64,000 bases of DNA from Phoronis australis (taxonomy: Eukaryota; Animalia; Phoronida). The notes below the pieces were generated by a model. The model saw only the letters and a program-made list of their open reading frames with translations. It was not told the origin of the DNA and did no database searches. The position numbers and the translations under genes were made by a program. The stretch lies in contig NMRA01000228.1 of the NCBI GenBank assembly GCA_002633005.1, positions 8,676 through 72,675 on the forward strand, written 5' to 3'. Below are positions 1 through 13,514 of this stretch, in pieces (the first letter of the stretch is position 1; the number at the start of each line of letters is the position of its first letter).

Positions 1-108
1 CCCCATTCGCTGCTATGCGCATCTACAATCGTGGTTCAGTTTGCGCAAATGTTTACAGCCGGACAAAATGTTGGGCCCCCCCCTTGTGATATCCTAGATC
101 CGCCACTG
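1..108 (-). mobile_element. Terminus of CAGTGGCGGAT-type MITE (family B), cut by window edge
   Basis: Reverse complement of the 5' end of the copies at 1271 and 11357 (CAGTGGCGGATCTAGGATATCACAAGGGGGG). Confidence 0.8.
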
Positions 109-1270
109 AATAGACCGTTTAATTTGGTGCAAAATACTTGGAAACGTTACAGCATATATCAGCTTGATCTTTTGGTACAATGCAATTATATTCAAATTCA
201 TTGAAAATTTTATATTAGAAACTCAATTTTCAAAATAAGTCGCCTTGAAATGCTGCAAACCGTAATCGCCGCCATTTTGACTCGGTCAAGCTAAAAAAAA
301 TTGAAAATTTAATAGCAACACAACATTGTGCGTGTCTGCAATAAATTAAAACTACGAAATAAAAAGTCTGTATTGCATGAAAACATACCCAGTCATAAGA
401 ATTTGTAATCAATTGAACGTTTTAAATTGAGTATCAGAATTCCATTAGGCCTACGGGAACGACCCGAATCAGACAGAATATTCCGGATTTGGGCCAGATT
501 CCCTATACTCTGGGCCGGAACAGTGACACGAAATGTCGAAGTGCACACTGCAGATTTTTTGTAGCCAACCAGCTAGCTGTTTGAAGACTATCCCCAAAAT
601 ACAGCTGGGTAACAATGTGACTTGAGCTCTGTTAATCCATAGACTATAGACGGTAGTCTATCACAAAATTTCATACATACAAGGTATGAGTTGTGTTAGT
701 CAACTCGTCGTGAAACTTATATCGCAGAGGCAACGACAGACGGCCGGGATGCATGCAAAATCTGGGAGACAATTCGGACACTCACCTTGCCCATTCAGTG
801 CCAGTCGTTTAAGGGAAGTACAATCTAATACCGGTAAACGTCATTTTCTAGCATTACTCTACACCTTCTGAGTTTTGTAACAAAGAAAGTCTGTTGTCGT
901 TTTGAAAACAGTATGCTCGTGACACGCGCACGAGCCATAGGCCTACTAAAATTTTGTGACTATTTTTGGGACATGATAACAGCTTCGCAGCAGTAAAGTT
1001 TGTTCTAAATTCGGTTTGCTGGTCTTACAAATACTAATAACGTGTAATAACATGTAACGAAATGAGACCAGTTCCGACATCAATTTGTTTTGACAGTACG
1101 CAACCTCGTGGCAGCGAAGAACAGGTCAGGTGACGTAATCGCTAAACGCCGACTCCCAAGAGCGCACTTCAATTTTAGCAGTAGATGAGCAGTACAACGA
1201 TAATTCTTCCAACACCGGTATATAATTTGGTTTACTCAAAGAGCGTTGCAGCATTTAATGACACCTATAT

Positions 1271-2190
1271 CAGTGGCGGATCTAGGATATCACAAGGGGG
1301 GGGGGGCCCAACANNNNNNNNNNNNNNNGGGGAGGTCGGGAGGGGGGTTTGCCCCCCTCCCGCTCAAGAAATTTTTCAAGAAAAAAAGGAAAAATAAAAA
1401 ACAGAAAACGTGTCAAACAGAAAAAACTGAACGTACCAAAGATTCGAACTCACGACCCGACGGATAGCGTGCGCGTGCATTATCTCTACACCACCACGAT
1501 TTAGCTACTGATACGATGATAAGAGGCCTTCTTGTTTATGGACCACAGCGTTTGCGCGCGAAACCTACTTCTTTTCGTACTGCTTATTATTCGTTTTATG
1601 TTTTGTGCCATGAATTCTTAACAAATTTGTCGTATTTAAAATAGTCTTCAAATGCCCAAAAGACCAAATCCGTTTTTCGTGTTGGCAATAATGACGGGAT
1701 TGCTTTGGAAATCGTCTTAAGATAAGGTTTGACAAAGGGAATATTGCGAGTTTCTGAGTGATTCATTAAGGCTTTAATTAAAATTCACATCTTACCAGCA
1801 GCTTCTGTTTTATCATCGTGTCTCAGGTTCTATTCTCTTTAAAAAATGAAGTAAATTTTCTTCATTGCACAGTGGAGCAGACGACGAAAACGGAGTCGTA
1901 GTGCGCAGCGCCACTGCCGGTCGCCTGGGATATCGCGGGAGAGCCTATACTTAGCCATAGTTCCGGTACGAATGCGCCGTGTTCCGAATTTGACACTTGA
2001 AATTGGGGTTTGAGCCCCCCCCAAACACTAAAACTGCACGCATTTAAATCTTTTTTCATCCTTATAATTTTAGTTACCGGGGTTAATTAATAAACTCACC
2101 ATTTCCCTACGCTGTTACTGTTTTATTTTTTTGCGGCAGCCAAGGGGGGGGGCCCGGGCCCCCTGGCCCCCCCCCCTAAATCCGCCTATG
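1271..2190 (+). mobile_element. MITE family B (CAGTGGCGGAT...ATCCGCCTATG)
   Basis: Short GC-rich TIRs; body highly similar to 11357-12169. Confidence 0.85.
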
Positions 2191-2271
2191 TATATATAAT
2201 CAATGATGACACCATTTCTGCGTCAGATTTTATTTAGTCCTTTTAAGCCACATCATCGCTAAGCTGTAGAT

Positions 2272-3040
2272 CTAATTGTTTACAATATGACGACATTGAC
2301 CTACACACATGATTTTGGTATCGTTTGATTCCTCGCAACGTTATCTTTCCAAAAATATATGAATTTATCCCCTACTGCTTTTCCTCTGTATTTTATCGTC
2401 GAATTTCGATTCGCACTATTTCCCGGTTGACACCGTCATGTTAGCTCAACTAAAGATTACAGCGACACCTGTTGTCAATGAATGAAACGGCATCATCGAT
2501 TCTGAATGGTGTTTGCCTGCGCGAGATTCCTCCTAAAGTTTTCCTGACATAATATGGAGGAAAAAGTAGCAGCATTTCATCTGTTCCAATTTTTTTATAA
2601 TTGTAACCATTTGACCATTTTTCCACGAAATTGTCTGAAGTGATACCAGTTTCTCCAATATGGATCTCAAAAACAACTTCCGCTTTTTTCGCGCTAACAG
2701 ATGCGTACCAGGGTTACTATAGATCGAATTCAAACCCTTGGCACCATAACTCGGGCGGGGGATAGACGAGTCTCGGTCAATTTGACATTATAAAAAGTGA
2801 CGATCTTTTGAAGTCGGTAGATTAGTTAAGTTTTTTACTGCCAGGTGACTCCTTCCATTCAACATGGCGATATTACTGCCGCGTACCGGGAAATAGTGCG
2901 AGCAGAAATTTCACAATAAAATATTAAAAGACGGGGTAGGAAGAATTTCTGTGTATTTTTGGAAAGATAACTTTGCAAGGAATCAAACGATACCAAAATC
3001 ATATGTGTAAGTCAATGTCGTCGTATTGTAAACAATTACT
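2272..3040. mobile_element. Long-TIR MITE (Mutator- or hAT-like)
   Basis: ~155-bp imperfect TIRs (2273-2427 vs 2885-3038). Direct repeat GCTGTAGAT at 2263-2271 and 3041-3049 (8-9 bp TSD). Confidence 0.8.
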
Positions 3041-4034
3041 GCTGTAGATTTTATATACAGCTTTGCACCAAGCCTAAATCAGATCTTGCCGATCGGCAAA
3101 GTTTGTCGCCAGGCCTTGTCGTGGATACGAATCTATTCCACGCACGGCACAGGACGTGATCGGTGGGGAAGTTGTGCAAATTTATCCCATTGTCGCTGAC
3201 ATTGCTACACCCGCACACCACGCAAAGAGGCATTTTAGCCCAGAGATCGACAAGTACAGAACGTCCAAGAAATGGCACTCCGCTGTTACGCAGTGCAGCT
3301 CCCCAGTAAATTAGTGGCCACGATCATGTCATATGAACCACTTTACGCTGATTGGTTGAGATTTTTTCTATGGCACTCGAAGCGGCTACGAATTATGAGC
3401 GGTGTAATTTGCATCGCAATTAATTACTTTCCGTGGAATGTAAGAAGCAAAAACAATATTTTTCATGAACAATACATACACTTCTGGTGTCAAAAAGGTG
3501 TTTTAGCCGCTGGACGCTGTCTTTAACGTCAATAAAATCAAAATATGGACAATTGTATCGAAATTGCTGACGAAATGTGGCGAATAAATTTTGACAGAAA
3601 TTATTTTGCCGGACTTGGGCCTGTAACCGATCGGACCCGGTGCGGACCGAGACCACTGAGACACTGGCGAACGGTAAAAGCAAGCAGTTGCAAGGTGTTT
3701 TGTTGAAGTAAAAGGTTCAAATCATAAATGCCGTATGCATACAAAGATAGTTTCAGACACTTGCATAAAATTACGGGCTGGTTAGTCTTGTGTCACACTG
3801 CCGCGGCAGCCCTTAAGTTAGCTAGCCTCAGTGGCAGCTAGCAGTATGAAGACTATCGTCAAAATACAGCTTGTTAGTATACAACTTTGCGCCAAGGTTA
3901 CCATTAGGCCTACCTGGTCCCTGGCCACAGCACTCGCTCAAACGAGGTTTATTTATAACTTGGGGTCTTCTGACGAATTGTGCAAAGTTATTGGCTTTCA
4001 AGAGAGACTTGCCCAGACTTTGCATGAGCACACC

Positions 4035-4250
4035 AAGCCTAAAAAATGGGGGGTTCGAATTTATGAGAATGTGTACCTTTTACTATAAGATTCACTGGGT
4101 ATGTTCAGAGCTATGAATTGCAGACGCCAAATTTTGGTACTTCCTGACTTCTAGTGGACTTCTGTCTCATTTTCTACTTTTTTCAGAGTTCTTGTTTCTC
4201 TGACTTAGGCAGACCTGTTTCCATTTCTCCAAATAGGGGGCTCCTTCGAG
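4035..4250 (+). repeat. Interspersed repeat, copy 1
   Basis: Collinear similarity to 16750-16950 (AAAAATGG..CGAATTT..AAGATTCAC..GTTCAGAGCTA..TAGTGGACTT). Confidence 0.7.
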
Positions 4251-6439
4251 CACATAAGTATGTTGACAAGTCCAATACAAAATGTTATCATTTTTTATTA
4301 TTAAGCAGTGAGTACGTAGGAAGTGACCTTACAACTGAAAAACATCGATAATTGCAATTTGAGTGGAGGTGGCAATCTCAATGACAGAATTGCAAGAACC
4401 CATGAAATGAAAAACTTCCAGTGAACTTGGTTTTCAACTGTATGATGTTTTTTTAAATTTATGTATTAGTTAATCTATTGAAATAATAGTAAACCCAAGG
4501 CATCAAGAAATGTTGCCTGAAGATGCGAGTGAACATATTATTTATGGCAAGCTAATTATATCATTCTTTGGTCACCCAATCATTGAAATAAATGGCAGAA
4601 CAAATCAGAGGACGATTATGATTTAATCATTTAGGTATTCCAGTTCAAATCAAAATCGAGTGCTTTCAGTCAGAACTCTATATTTGGTTTCAGTTCCTTC
4701 ACAGAGTCTCCATAAGCATTAATTTGTATTAATTGTATTTTTGTCTTAACGTGAATAAAGTGTATTACTACTTAAAGACTTTCAAGGTAGTTGACACTTA
4801 TATCTACTGTACATCAGTCAAAACTGAAATAATCTCAGTATACAAATGCTACAAAAGACAAAATGATTCAACCTTTTACCATAATAAGTAACTTAGAATG
4901 CACAGAACTTTATAACATTTAAGCATTACAAACACCATCCAACAGCACAAGTTCTCATGATATGAAAGTGGACAAGCATGTTACTATTACCATGGTGACC
5001 AAATAGTGTTTCCTTACAGCAGAATTTGACAAGCATGATTTAAAAAATATGAAGTTGCAAGGAACAAGAATTGGAGGTTTGAAGCTTCACAGTCCAACAG
5101 GCCTATTTCTCTAAGTAAGATTCTTCATATTGTTGACTTGATTACCTGAATTAAGAAAGCAACAAGTTACAAAACATGACTTCAAAGCAATTTAGACTAA
5201 AAATTTAGAAAATATGAATCGTTTTGTGACACCTAATCAAGCCTTGAACAGCAGTTGACAGTCAAACAAAAACCATTTCGAAATCATTTCAACTATTTTT
5301 AGCTTAGTGTAAGATCACCTGAATGGGAAATTTACAGTAAAATAACTCGACTATACCTTATATTTTTTGCACAAAAACACGAAAATTGAACAAAATTCCT
5401 TTTTGTGGCAACATTTGTCAAAATGTGTCGAACGTTAAATTTTCACAAATTTCGAACGTTAAATTTTCCCAAATTACAAAGTAACCGGTTGAACATGCCT
5501 TTCAGTTCAGCAAAAGTCACCATGTTGTCGGTGCCGCCAGAAATTAGATCAACGCACATTTATCACTTAATAAGTAACAACTGCAAGGCTGAAATTTGGT
5601 CAAAACTGTTGAATCATTCAGTATAGTAAGTAAAGATATGTCTCAATAAATTTCAACATAAATTGTTGGCGAAAACAATTTACTCAAAGTTTTAAACTCA
5701 TAACTTATCCCACTGTTGTCCAAGATGGCCGACCTGATCCAAACAAAGTGACCCAAATATCGCCATAAAAATTGCAATAACTTTGCACTGCTTGTCCCGA
5801 TTTTGATATTTTTTCGATTTTTACTGAGGAGGATGCATTATCTTTACGATGATAGCAAAGTACTTTTTCAAAAAAAAAAAATCAAAACGAAAAAAAATCA
5901 AAACGAAAAAATTTTTTGGTTCGACTGATATTGGTTCCTAGGTTCGACCGCCCTACATAACAGGAACTAAACACCAATGCTATTTTAAGATACCGTAATA
6001 AACAAAAGCACGCGTAACATTTCAAAAAAATATAACAAGCACCAACTACGAACTATAAATACACTATATGTACCAATGAATCACGAGATATTACTAATAA
6101 AACAAAATAATGAAGACTTTTCGAGCAAGCGATAGCACATTCATTTACAAGGAAAAAATGGCGGCGTTCAGGACAAGTTCAGCCGGAATTGTGGGTACGG
6201 AAATAACCAACAACAGCCGGTAATTATCTACTCACAGAGAAGGGTCAAATACCAGTAAAAAACGCTTGTGGCACGAAAGGCAAAAAGAATATAAGGAAAG
6301 GGTATCGAAAATAAGATTTTATTTAATAAGAATTTTCGGATAATGGAGCCACATAGGCATATTAAGATAAGGACTTCAAAATACATGGAACGAAATGCAT
6401 ACAGAAAGCGGTGGGAAGTATGTAGCCCCTCGTGTCGCC

Positions 6440-7198
6440 TAGCCAGCCAGCTGGGTGTATGAAGACCGTCGTCAAAATATAACTAAGTACCACTGAGTGT
6501 ATTTCTTCCATAGACCTCGAAATTGCACACAGCGATTGTTCTGCTTGCCACCTCGCCGTGAAACTTGTATCAACATGTAAAGCTAAAAACTGGATGGGGT
6601 GCATGCAAAATCTGGGAATCAACAGACACTCACCTTGCCCGTTACAGCCGTTTAAGTGAAAAACAATGCAATAAACGTCATTTTCTTGAGTAACTCTCCG
6701 CCTTTTCTAACAATGAAAGGAATGTTGTCGTTTTGAAAACAGTACGCTCATGTCACGTGTACGCGTCATTTCCTAACTTTTTGTGACATCACTCGGGAGA
6801 TGAACGATGATAGCTTGGCAGCAGCAAAATTTCTTCTGAAATTCGGTTTTTCGGTATCAAAATTCTAAAAACTTATAATGAAGTGAAACCAGTTCCGATA
6901 ATTTGTTGTGACGTGTACGCATCCTTATAAAAAAAAACAGTTGATTGAAGAATGGGCGAAAAAAGAAACTGGCCAATAGGTGACGCAATATTTCATGGCC
7001 CCGAAAGCTGGCGCTAAAGATCGCTCCACAACTTTAGCAGCAGAATAGAACGCAGTAGAACGCCTCCAACATCATTAAATAATTTAGTTTACTCGTCAAG
7101 GAAGACTGCAGTTTTTAATGACACTAATTTTGTGTCAGATTTTATCTTACCACATTTTTACCCACATAATAAATATATACAGCTTTGTACCAAGGCTA
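6440..7198 (+). mobile_element. Family A element, uninterrupted copy
   Basis: Termini TAGCC...AAGGCTA; collinear with 564-3074 after removing its insertions. Confidence 0.7.
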
Positions 7199-7647
7199 CG
7201 TGTTGCCTAATGGAGGGCATGCTAGGTGGCCACCGTTCCATCTCGACTCTGCTGTGTCTTCTCTGCGGCCAATCGAGAACGGCCAATCAGTCGTCACAAT
7301 CATGACCGTCTGTCTTGCCTAAACCGTTCTATTTATTCCAAAAAATATTTGCTGAGAATTTGATTTAAAAGCTTTTATGGAGGATAAAAACTCACCTAAT
7401 GCTTACAAGACGTGAGATCGCACCAGGTGTCACGTGAATTGAATTTTCTGACATCAAAATTTTTCGTCAAGGCCGTTCGCCATTTACCAAAGCCTCGTCC
7501 CAATGACACAAGGTAGCGCTGATCGGCATAGCCATATCAGCGCCCTCTTGAGGCTTGGGGACGTGGCTCCCATATACCGTTACAACGGCATGGCCACAGA
7601 CCAAAGCTGACCGTGGGTCGCTGATGTCATCAGTGACAAAATCGATG

Positions 7648-7915
7648 CCCTTACGAAAAATTCAAATAGGATTTCCTATTGGATCCTATAGAATTTCCTA
7701 TTGGATTTCCCATAGGATTTCCTATTGGATTTCCTTTTGGATCCTATAAGAAATGCAATAGGATCCTATAAGATTTCCTACAGCATCCACTAGGAAATCC
7801 TACGGAAATCTTTTAGGATATCCTATAAGAAACCCTATAGGAATTCGTATAAGACTTTAATATATCCAGTAGGCAGTTCAGTAGGATTCCATTGGAAGTT
7901 CAATAGGATTCTACG
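7648..7915. repeat. ~11-bp minisatellite (TAGGATTTCCT-like), probably a transposon subterminal array
   Basis: Many degenerate copies of T(A/T)GGATTTCCTA / GGATCCTATA. Confidence 0.7.
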
Positions 7916-8479
7916 AAGCAATTAACATACATGTATTAAGACTCGCCTGAATATTCGATAGTTCAATGTGAACTCATTTTCCCTGGTCTTCAACTGACCG
8001 AATTCCCAAATAACATGTAACTCGGAAAGCATTTTTTGTGATTATTCTGAAACAATTATAAAAGTGTTTTCATTAGAAAGATGTCCCCCGACGTTCTCCC
8101 AAGTATATACCAGCCTTGCACTAAGTAGTACACCATTAGAACATTTCTTTACAGCAGGTTTATACGAGCATATTAAGCTTGGCATGTATACACACCACTA
8201 TTTGAAATATGATATAACGTTTTGCCGAAAGGAAAATTCCTCAAATATTTCCGCATAAACACGCACCCACGCTTCGCTTACAGGACAGGCTGCGATCCTA
8301 CCTAAATGGGCATGTCTTAAACTGAGTATTGCGTTGTTCCTGTAGTCCATTGTTGCTACTTTTCCGTGTAATTAGTTTATATTAAACTGAAAACTCACCA
8401 ATTTTTAAGTTTTTGCCTGCAAACAGGTTTCGCCTTCATTTATGTTTTATGTATACGATAACTTTGTTTCATTTTATTT

Positions 8480-9030
8480 ATTTAGTTATTAATTTATTGT
8501 GATATATAAAATGAGAGTAACCCATCAGTTTTCACTGCTTTCCATGGGGCCCTCAATAAAAACATACAGAGATAGTGAGACATACAAACAGACTTACAAA
8601 AATGAAAGGCAAGACTTCATGATGAATATGAAACTGACGTGGAAAGACTTGTAAAATAAAATAATTAATAAACAAACAATAAATAGAAGATACTAAAAGT
8701 ATAAGACATGATTAAATAAAAATAATTACTAAATAAATAATAAGTAGTTAATAAAAGTACAAGACATCGTGTAAACAGATGAATAAAATACATAGGTTGG
8801 TCTCAGGCCTATTGAAAACATGATATATTTGCTACCGCACAGAACACTTCTAATTAAATTGACTTCTGATAATTCGTTTAAATTTTACTTAGGATGATAC
8901 GCATTTGGTATCGGAGGGCAGAGTGTTCCATAAATAAGCCCCGCTTTAAGTACACATGATTGAAATTGAAATTGGATGACTGTGAGGCCATTGTATTATA
9001 GCGATTAGCAGTCTACGCGTAAAATTAACA
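8480..9030 (-). mobile_element. 3' end of an L2/CR1-group LINE
   Basis: Minus strand reads SGAYLWNTLPSDTKCVSS*VKFKRII (LWNxLP C-terminal motif), then a 3' UTR ending GAGGGCCCCATGG..GATGGGTTACTCTC and an A/T-rich tail. Confidence 0.75.
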
Positions 9031-11356
9031 CTTAAGTTATAATGAACGAGGACCAGACAATATTCACTTGCCTGGTTTATTCAGGAAAACTTGAGTCGAT
9101 TCTGCAACATGTTTGTTACACAGGCATGGCTTAGTGAAAAACATTGCGTGCCTTTTTACATAGACTAGACACCGTGGAAGAGCCTGTTCACTTGCTTGCT
9201 TCAGCACGCATGCCATTTCCATTCCGACTAAGCACGTATTTCTTGAGGTGAAAACTGCCAAAGTGTACAATTAGCGTAATCGCTTTAGATCTCTATGATA
9301 CAGACGTAAAATTGTCGTTTTCAGGGTCTTCCTTCCGTTATGAATACATAATTTGCTATCCTTAATAACCTCAATCATAGCGGCACATCTGGCTATCTCA
9401 GTGTTACCTGAAACCAGATTTTCTTGTACTCGAAATCAAACTCAAATTTGTCTTCAATACGAACTCTAGAAAAATCATTATTCCGTGGCTCTGAGGAAAA
9501 ACTATGATGGAGTCAACATCTGTTTATTCTTGCGTTGGGTAACAGCAGCTACACAGAGTCCAGACTCACATGGAGGGAAAGGTGTCAAAAAGAGGTTACT
9601 CTGCGGTGTTCATTTAGGCCTCATAGGCGTGGAATATTTTGTGGCGTTTCTACACTGCGTTTCGTAACAATGATAAATACATCCTTTATATCCCTTTGAA
9701 AATAATGTATCAATCTGCATTTAATTAAACAACTTTGTTGTCTCTAATAGACATACTTTGGAAATTCTGAGATTTGAAATCTACAGCCGTCGCCGCATGG
9801 TAAGTTTTCTTGTCACAAAGGACTGCACGTCTCGCTTCACAAAGATGACGTCATTTGCGTCGATTAGCACGAGGGCTTCCTAAATTTTTGTCTGCGCTAA
9901 TTGGGGTTCCAGATGGGTCGTACGATAGTAATTAGCGTAATCAACCAATGTCAGGAGCAAATCAAGAGATGACAAACTTGTGTTAACATTACATACATAT
10001 GTTTAACATGCTCAAAAGTCACTTGGCCAAGCGACAGTAACTGCGACATCCAATGATTATTTGTAGTTGACGAGAGAGGGGGGGGNGGGAGAGGAAGAGG
10101 GAGGGTAAGGGGGAGAGAAGGTCTGTTATCACACTGCTTGGCTTATGAAGTCAATACCAAGGCAGTGGTTCATTTTCGCACAAACACAGAAATAAAAGCA
10201 TTATTTAGCTAAAAGCCTAAAACCCTTCCTCACTGTGTCACAACGGACTGGATTCTTTGATACAAGGTCGGCGTTCTTTTAGCTACAACCCACTCCGAGG
10301 TGTTAGAATTTGTACTCAGACTTGAACATAAAAAGTTACTAACATTAAAAGTTACTTCTCCGGCCCTATGGATATATGTGATAGCGTCTCACTATGTTCT
10401 GTAATCTAAAGGTAAAGGGGGCTTGGAATCTTTTCTCCAAGCAAGAGCTTTTGTTGAAAAAGTTTGTAATTTTGACAAGACAAGTCACCAGAGTCGACTG
10501 CTGACGTGTGTAAGTGACATTTAGTTTTGTTTTAATACGCGAAAGAGGTACATCCCAGAAGCTGAGGAAACACTGTAGCTTTGCCAGGCAGACCACGCAA
10601 GTCACTGGACTTTATGCCAGTCTTCTAGTATGTCGAAAACAGTACGAACAAAATTAAAGTTGTGATCGTTTCACACCAAAACCGCTACGCGTAACCACAG
10701 AAACGTTCAAAATAATTCATCTTTTTGGTCCTTTCACATCCACTGAAATAAGAAGCGAGGCTTCCAAAAGGTGACAAAACGCAAAATTGACAGTTTTCAA
10801 CCCTAAACCACCACTTACCTGCCAATGCTAGATATATAACTCAACGCTAAATTCTGAAAGCAAATTTTCTGCGCTGTTGATTACAAAAATGTGGTTCAAA
10901 AGTTGACTACCATCCAGCTAGATTTGTTGCAATTCTGCGTTGTTTGAGGGCTACCTGATGTCATAGCAGATTTCCCAGTCGCTACGCAGAAATGCAACAG
11001 TGCTGCAAAGGGCCTTGTATATGCAGCGGAACCAGTAGACTTTTCTTATTCCCAAAATGTTCGCAAATACAAACACACCGGATCCACTGAACCCAATATT
11101 AATGTCTGCCTCGGCCGCCAAACCTGCCCTATCCCACACGTGTCCTTATTGCTGCTGGTCGTTCCCAATACTCTATAATGATACTAATGATACTGTGGCG
11201 GTGAGGCCCATCCCAAATATTTGATTTCGACGCAGTACCGCAAATAGGCCGCGGCTACGGGACCAAACCGTAAAGTGCCACCTTGCGTGCGTATTGTACG
11301 AGTTGAGTCTCGCGAAAACGTAAGACTTGCAGATACCCCTATTAAAAACGAAACAC

Positions 11357-12169
11357 CAGTGGCGGATTTAGGATATCACAAGGGGGGGCCCAACACTTTG
11401 TCCGGCTGTAAGCATTTGCGCAAACCACGATTGTATATGCGCACAGCACCGAATGGGGGGAGGTCGGGAGGGGGTTTGCCTCCCTCCCGCCCAGGAAATT
11501 TTTCTGTTTTTTCCTCTAAAAGTCAAGCATTTTTCTTGATTTCTGATGTATTATCCAAGAAAAAAAAAAGAAAAAAAACACGGAGAATGTGTCACACAGG
11601 AATAATTACGAGATTCACTGACTCGAACTCACGACCTGGCTGATAGGACGCGCGTGCTTTACCACTACACCACCACGATTTCTCTAACAAACAGAAACTA
11701 AGAGACGTACTTGTTTATGGTTCACAGCGTTTGCGCGCGAAACCTACTTCTTTTTGTAATGCTTGTTACACGTTTTATGTTTTGTGCAATCGGTTCTTAA
11801 CAAATTTGTTGTATTTAAAATAGTCTTCAAATGCCCAAAAGACCAAATCCGTTTTTCGTGTTGGCAATAATGACNTTCAACACCTCCGTCTGCCGTCAGG
11901 TGTCAGGTAACGCAACCGTGCGTGTCGTTATGGAGTAGAACTACTCGATCTAAATTGATACAAATTAGGTTGTTTTTTGGGTGGCATGCTCCTTTAAGTT
12001 AAGGTTTGACAAAGAGAGAATTAATGAGTTTCTGAGTGATTCACTGAGGCTTCGATTAAAATTGACATCTTACCAGCAGCTCCTGTTTTTTCATCGTCAC
12101 TCAGGTTCCATTTATTTTTTTTGCGGCAGCCAAGGGGGGGAGGGGCGGGCCCCCCTAAATCCGCCTATG
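11357..12169 (+). mobile_element. MITE family B, second full copy
   Basis: Same termini and body as 1271-2190. Confidence 0.85.
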
Positions 12170-13365
12170 ATCACACTAGCTGTTTTAGATGCAAATGTGA
12201 CGACGTGGTTCCCTTACATGGCGATATTTCGCGAAGTCTTGCTTGATATTGTGTTTTCACGAGTTTCTCGCGTCTGGTTCTAGGACATCTTTTCTGTACA
12301 CCGCACATGCTTTTCAAGGAAACCAGTTTGTCACGTTTCCAGTGCATGACGTCAGAATGAGTTGAATGAGGTTCTCTGATGTTGCCGGAGGTTAAAAAAT
12401 CTTGAGGGAATTTTTGATCGTTCAAAAGATTTCTTTACCTGAGGAGGATGGGACAGATATTCGGCCCCACTGAGGCATCTAGAGCCCTGTAACAGGATGA
12501 AAGTGGGTCCATGTTTCAAAATAATCTGATATCCAGAGCGATAAAAATGGATTAATATGGCTTTAACATTTTCAAGAGGGGGTGGGGGAGAATGAACAAT
12601 TGGTCGGCTGAACTGCAAAACCGAATGGTCGGTCGGATCAAACGTAAGCTGGTGATCAAACACGACGGCCCGGCGGACTTCCCGGAGGCTCGTTTTGAAT
12701 GCCTCGAAGGATTCGAGTGACATCTAGTGTTCATTTTTCGTAGTCACGTTTTTTGTTTTGTTCAAAATCGACATTGTGTTCGGCCAATGTGTTTGAACAC
12801 CGGCCAACACGTTTTAGGTCCGGCCAACCATATTTTTGGGTGTGACCATCTGGTTTTGAAGTATCGGCCAACCTGTTTTGAGGTCCGACCATAAAGTTAG
12901 AACACTGGCCATTGGGTTTCCAGTCCAGCCAGCTGGCAAGTGATTTCGCTTGTTGTTCCCTTGATCTTGTGTTTCGCTTGTTGTTCCCTTGATCTTGTAT
13001 CTAAAATAACTTTTGACTACAACTTCTTGGATTTTCACTTTCACATGATGTCTTTAATTAGCCGTTTTTTAGCCAACAGTTTTGTGAAAATCTGTGATCT
13101 TACTAATATAGGCCCATTCCCGTTTTTGTATGGAATCCTGACTCTTAAAATCCTTAATAAAAAATCACAAGCGTTTAGCGGACAGTACTGTAGCATATAG
13201 AATGACTTAGAACTTGCCTGCAGTCTTTTGGAAATTTCACGCTTGTCCGTGAAAAACCGCGAGTTTAAGAAAACAATGCAAACTAGTCAACGTGACTGCA
13301 AACGTTTGCGTACTGATTATTTTCGTGTACGTAACACATCAAGTTATGTATGGCTTCGTGACCAG

Positions 13366-13514
13366 GGCTGGGTTGCATAAACTTTCAAAATTATCCGCTG
13401 GATAAGTTTCACTGTTGAATGACGTCAGGTGCATTGTTCAACAATAGCAACGTGGCACATGTTACTGCGACGTCATTGTTGCTACACAGCGTATAACTTT
13501 TATGCAACTGGGTC
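13366..13514. mobile_element. PIF/Harbinger-like MITE
   Basis: TIRs GGCTGGGTTGCATAAA / TTTATGCAACTGGGTC; 3-bp TSD CAG; core shared with 21665-21828. Confidence 0.7.

Larger units (their letters stand above)
564..3074 (+). mobile_element. Non-autonomous element family A (TA-flanked), itself split by two insertions
   Basis: 564-1265, 2206-2262 and 3050-3074 are collinear with the uninterrupted copy at 6440-7198. TA at 562-563 and 3075-3076. Confidence 0.75.
450..3522 (-). mobile_element. Kolobok-like DNA transposon relic with THAP domain, interrupted by nested insertions
   Basis: Minus-strand terminus TTAA|AGACAGCG (TTAA 3523-3526). THAP N-part MPLCVVCGCSN..LHNFP..W at 3233-3077; C-part QKICSVHF from 561 downward. 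Second terminus not located. Confidence 0.75.

Noticed and set aside
6152-6200. AAAATGGCGGCG (YY1-like/start context) followed by a possible donor
   Set aside because: No downstream exons were found, and the motif is common in repeats.
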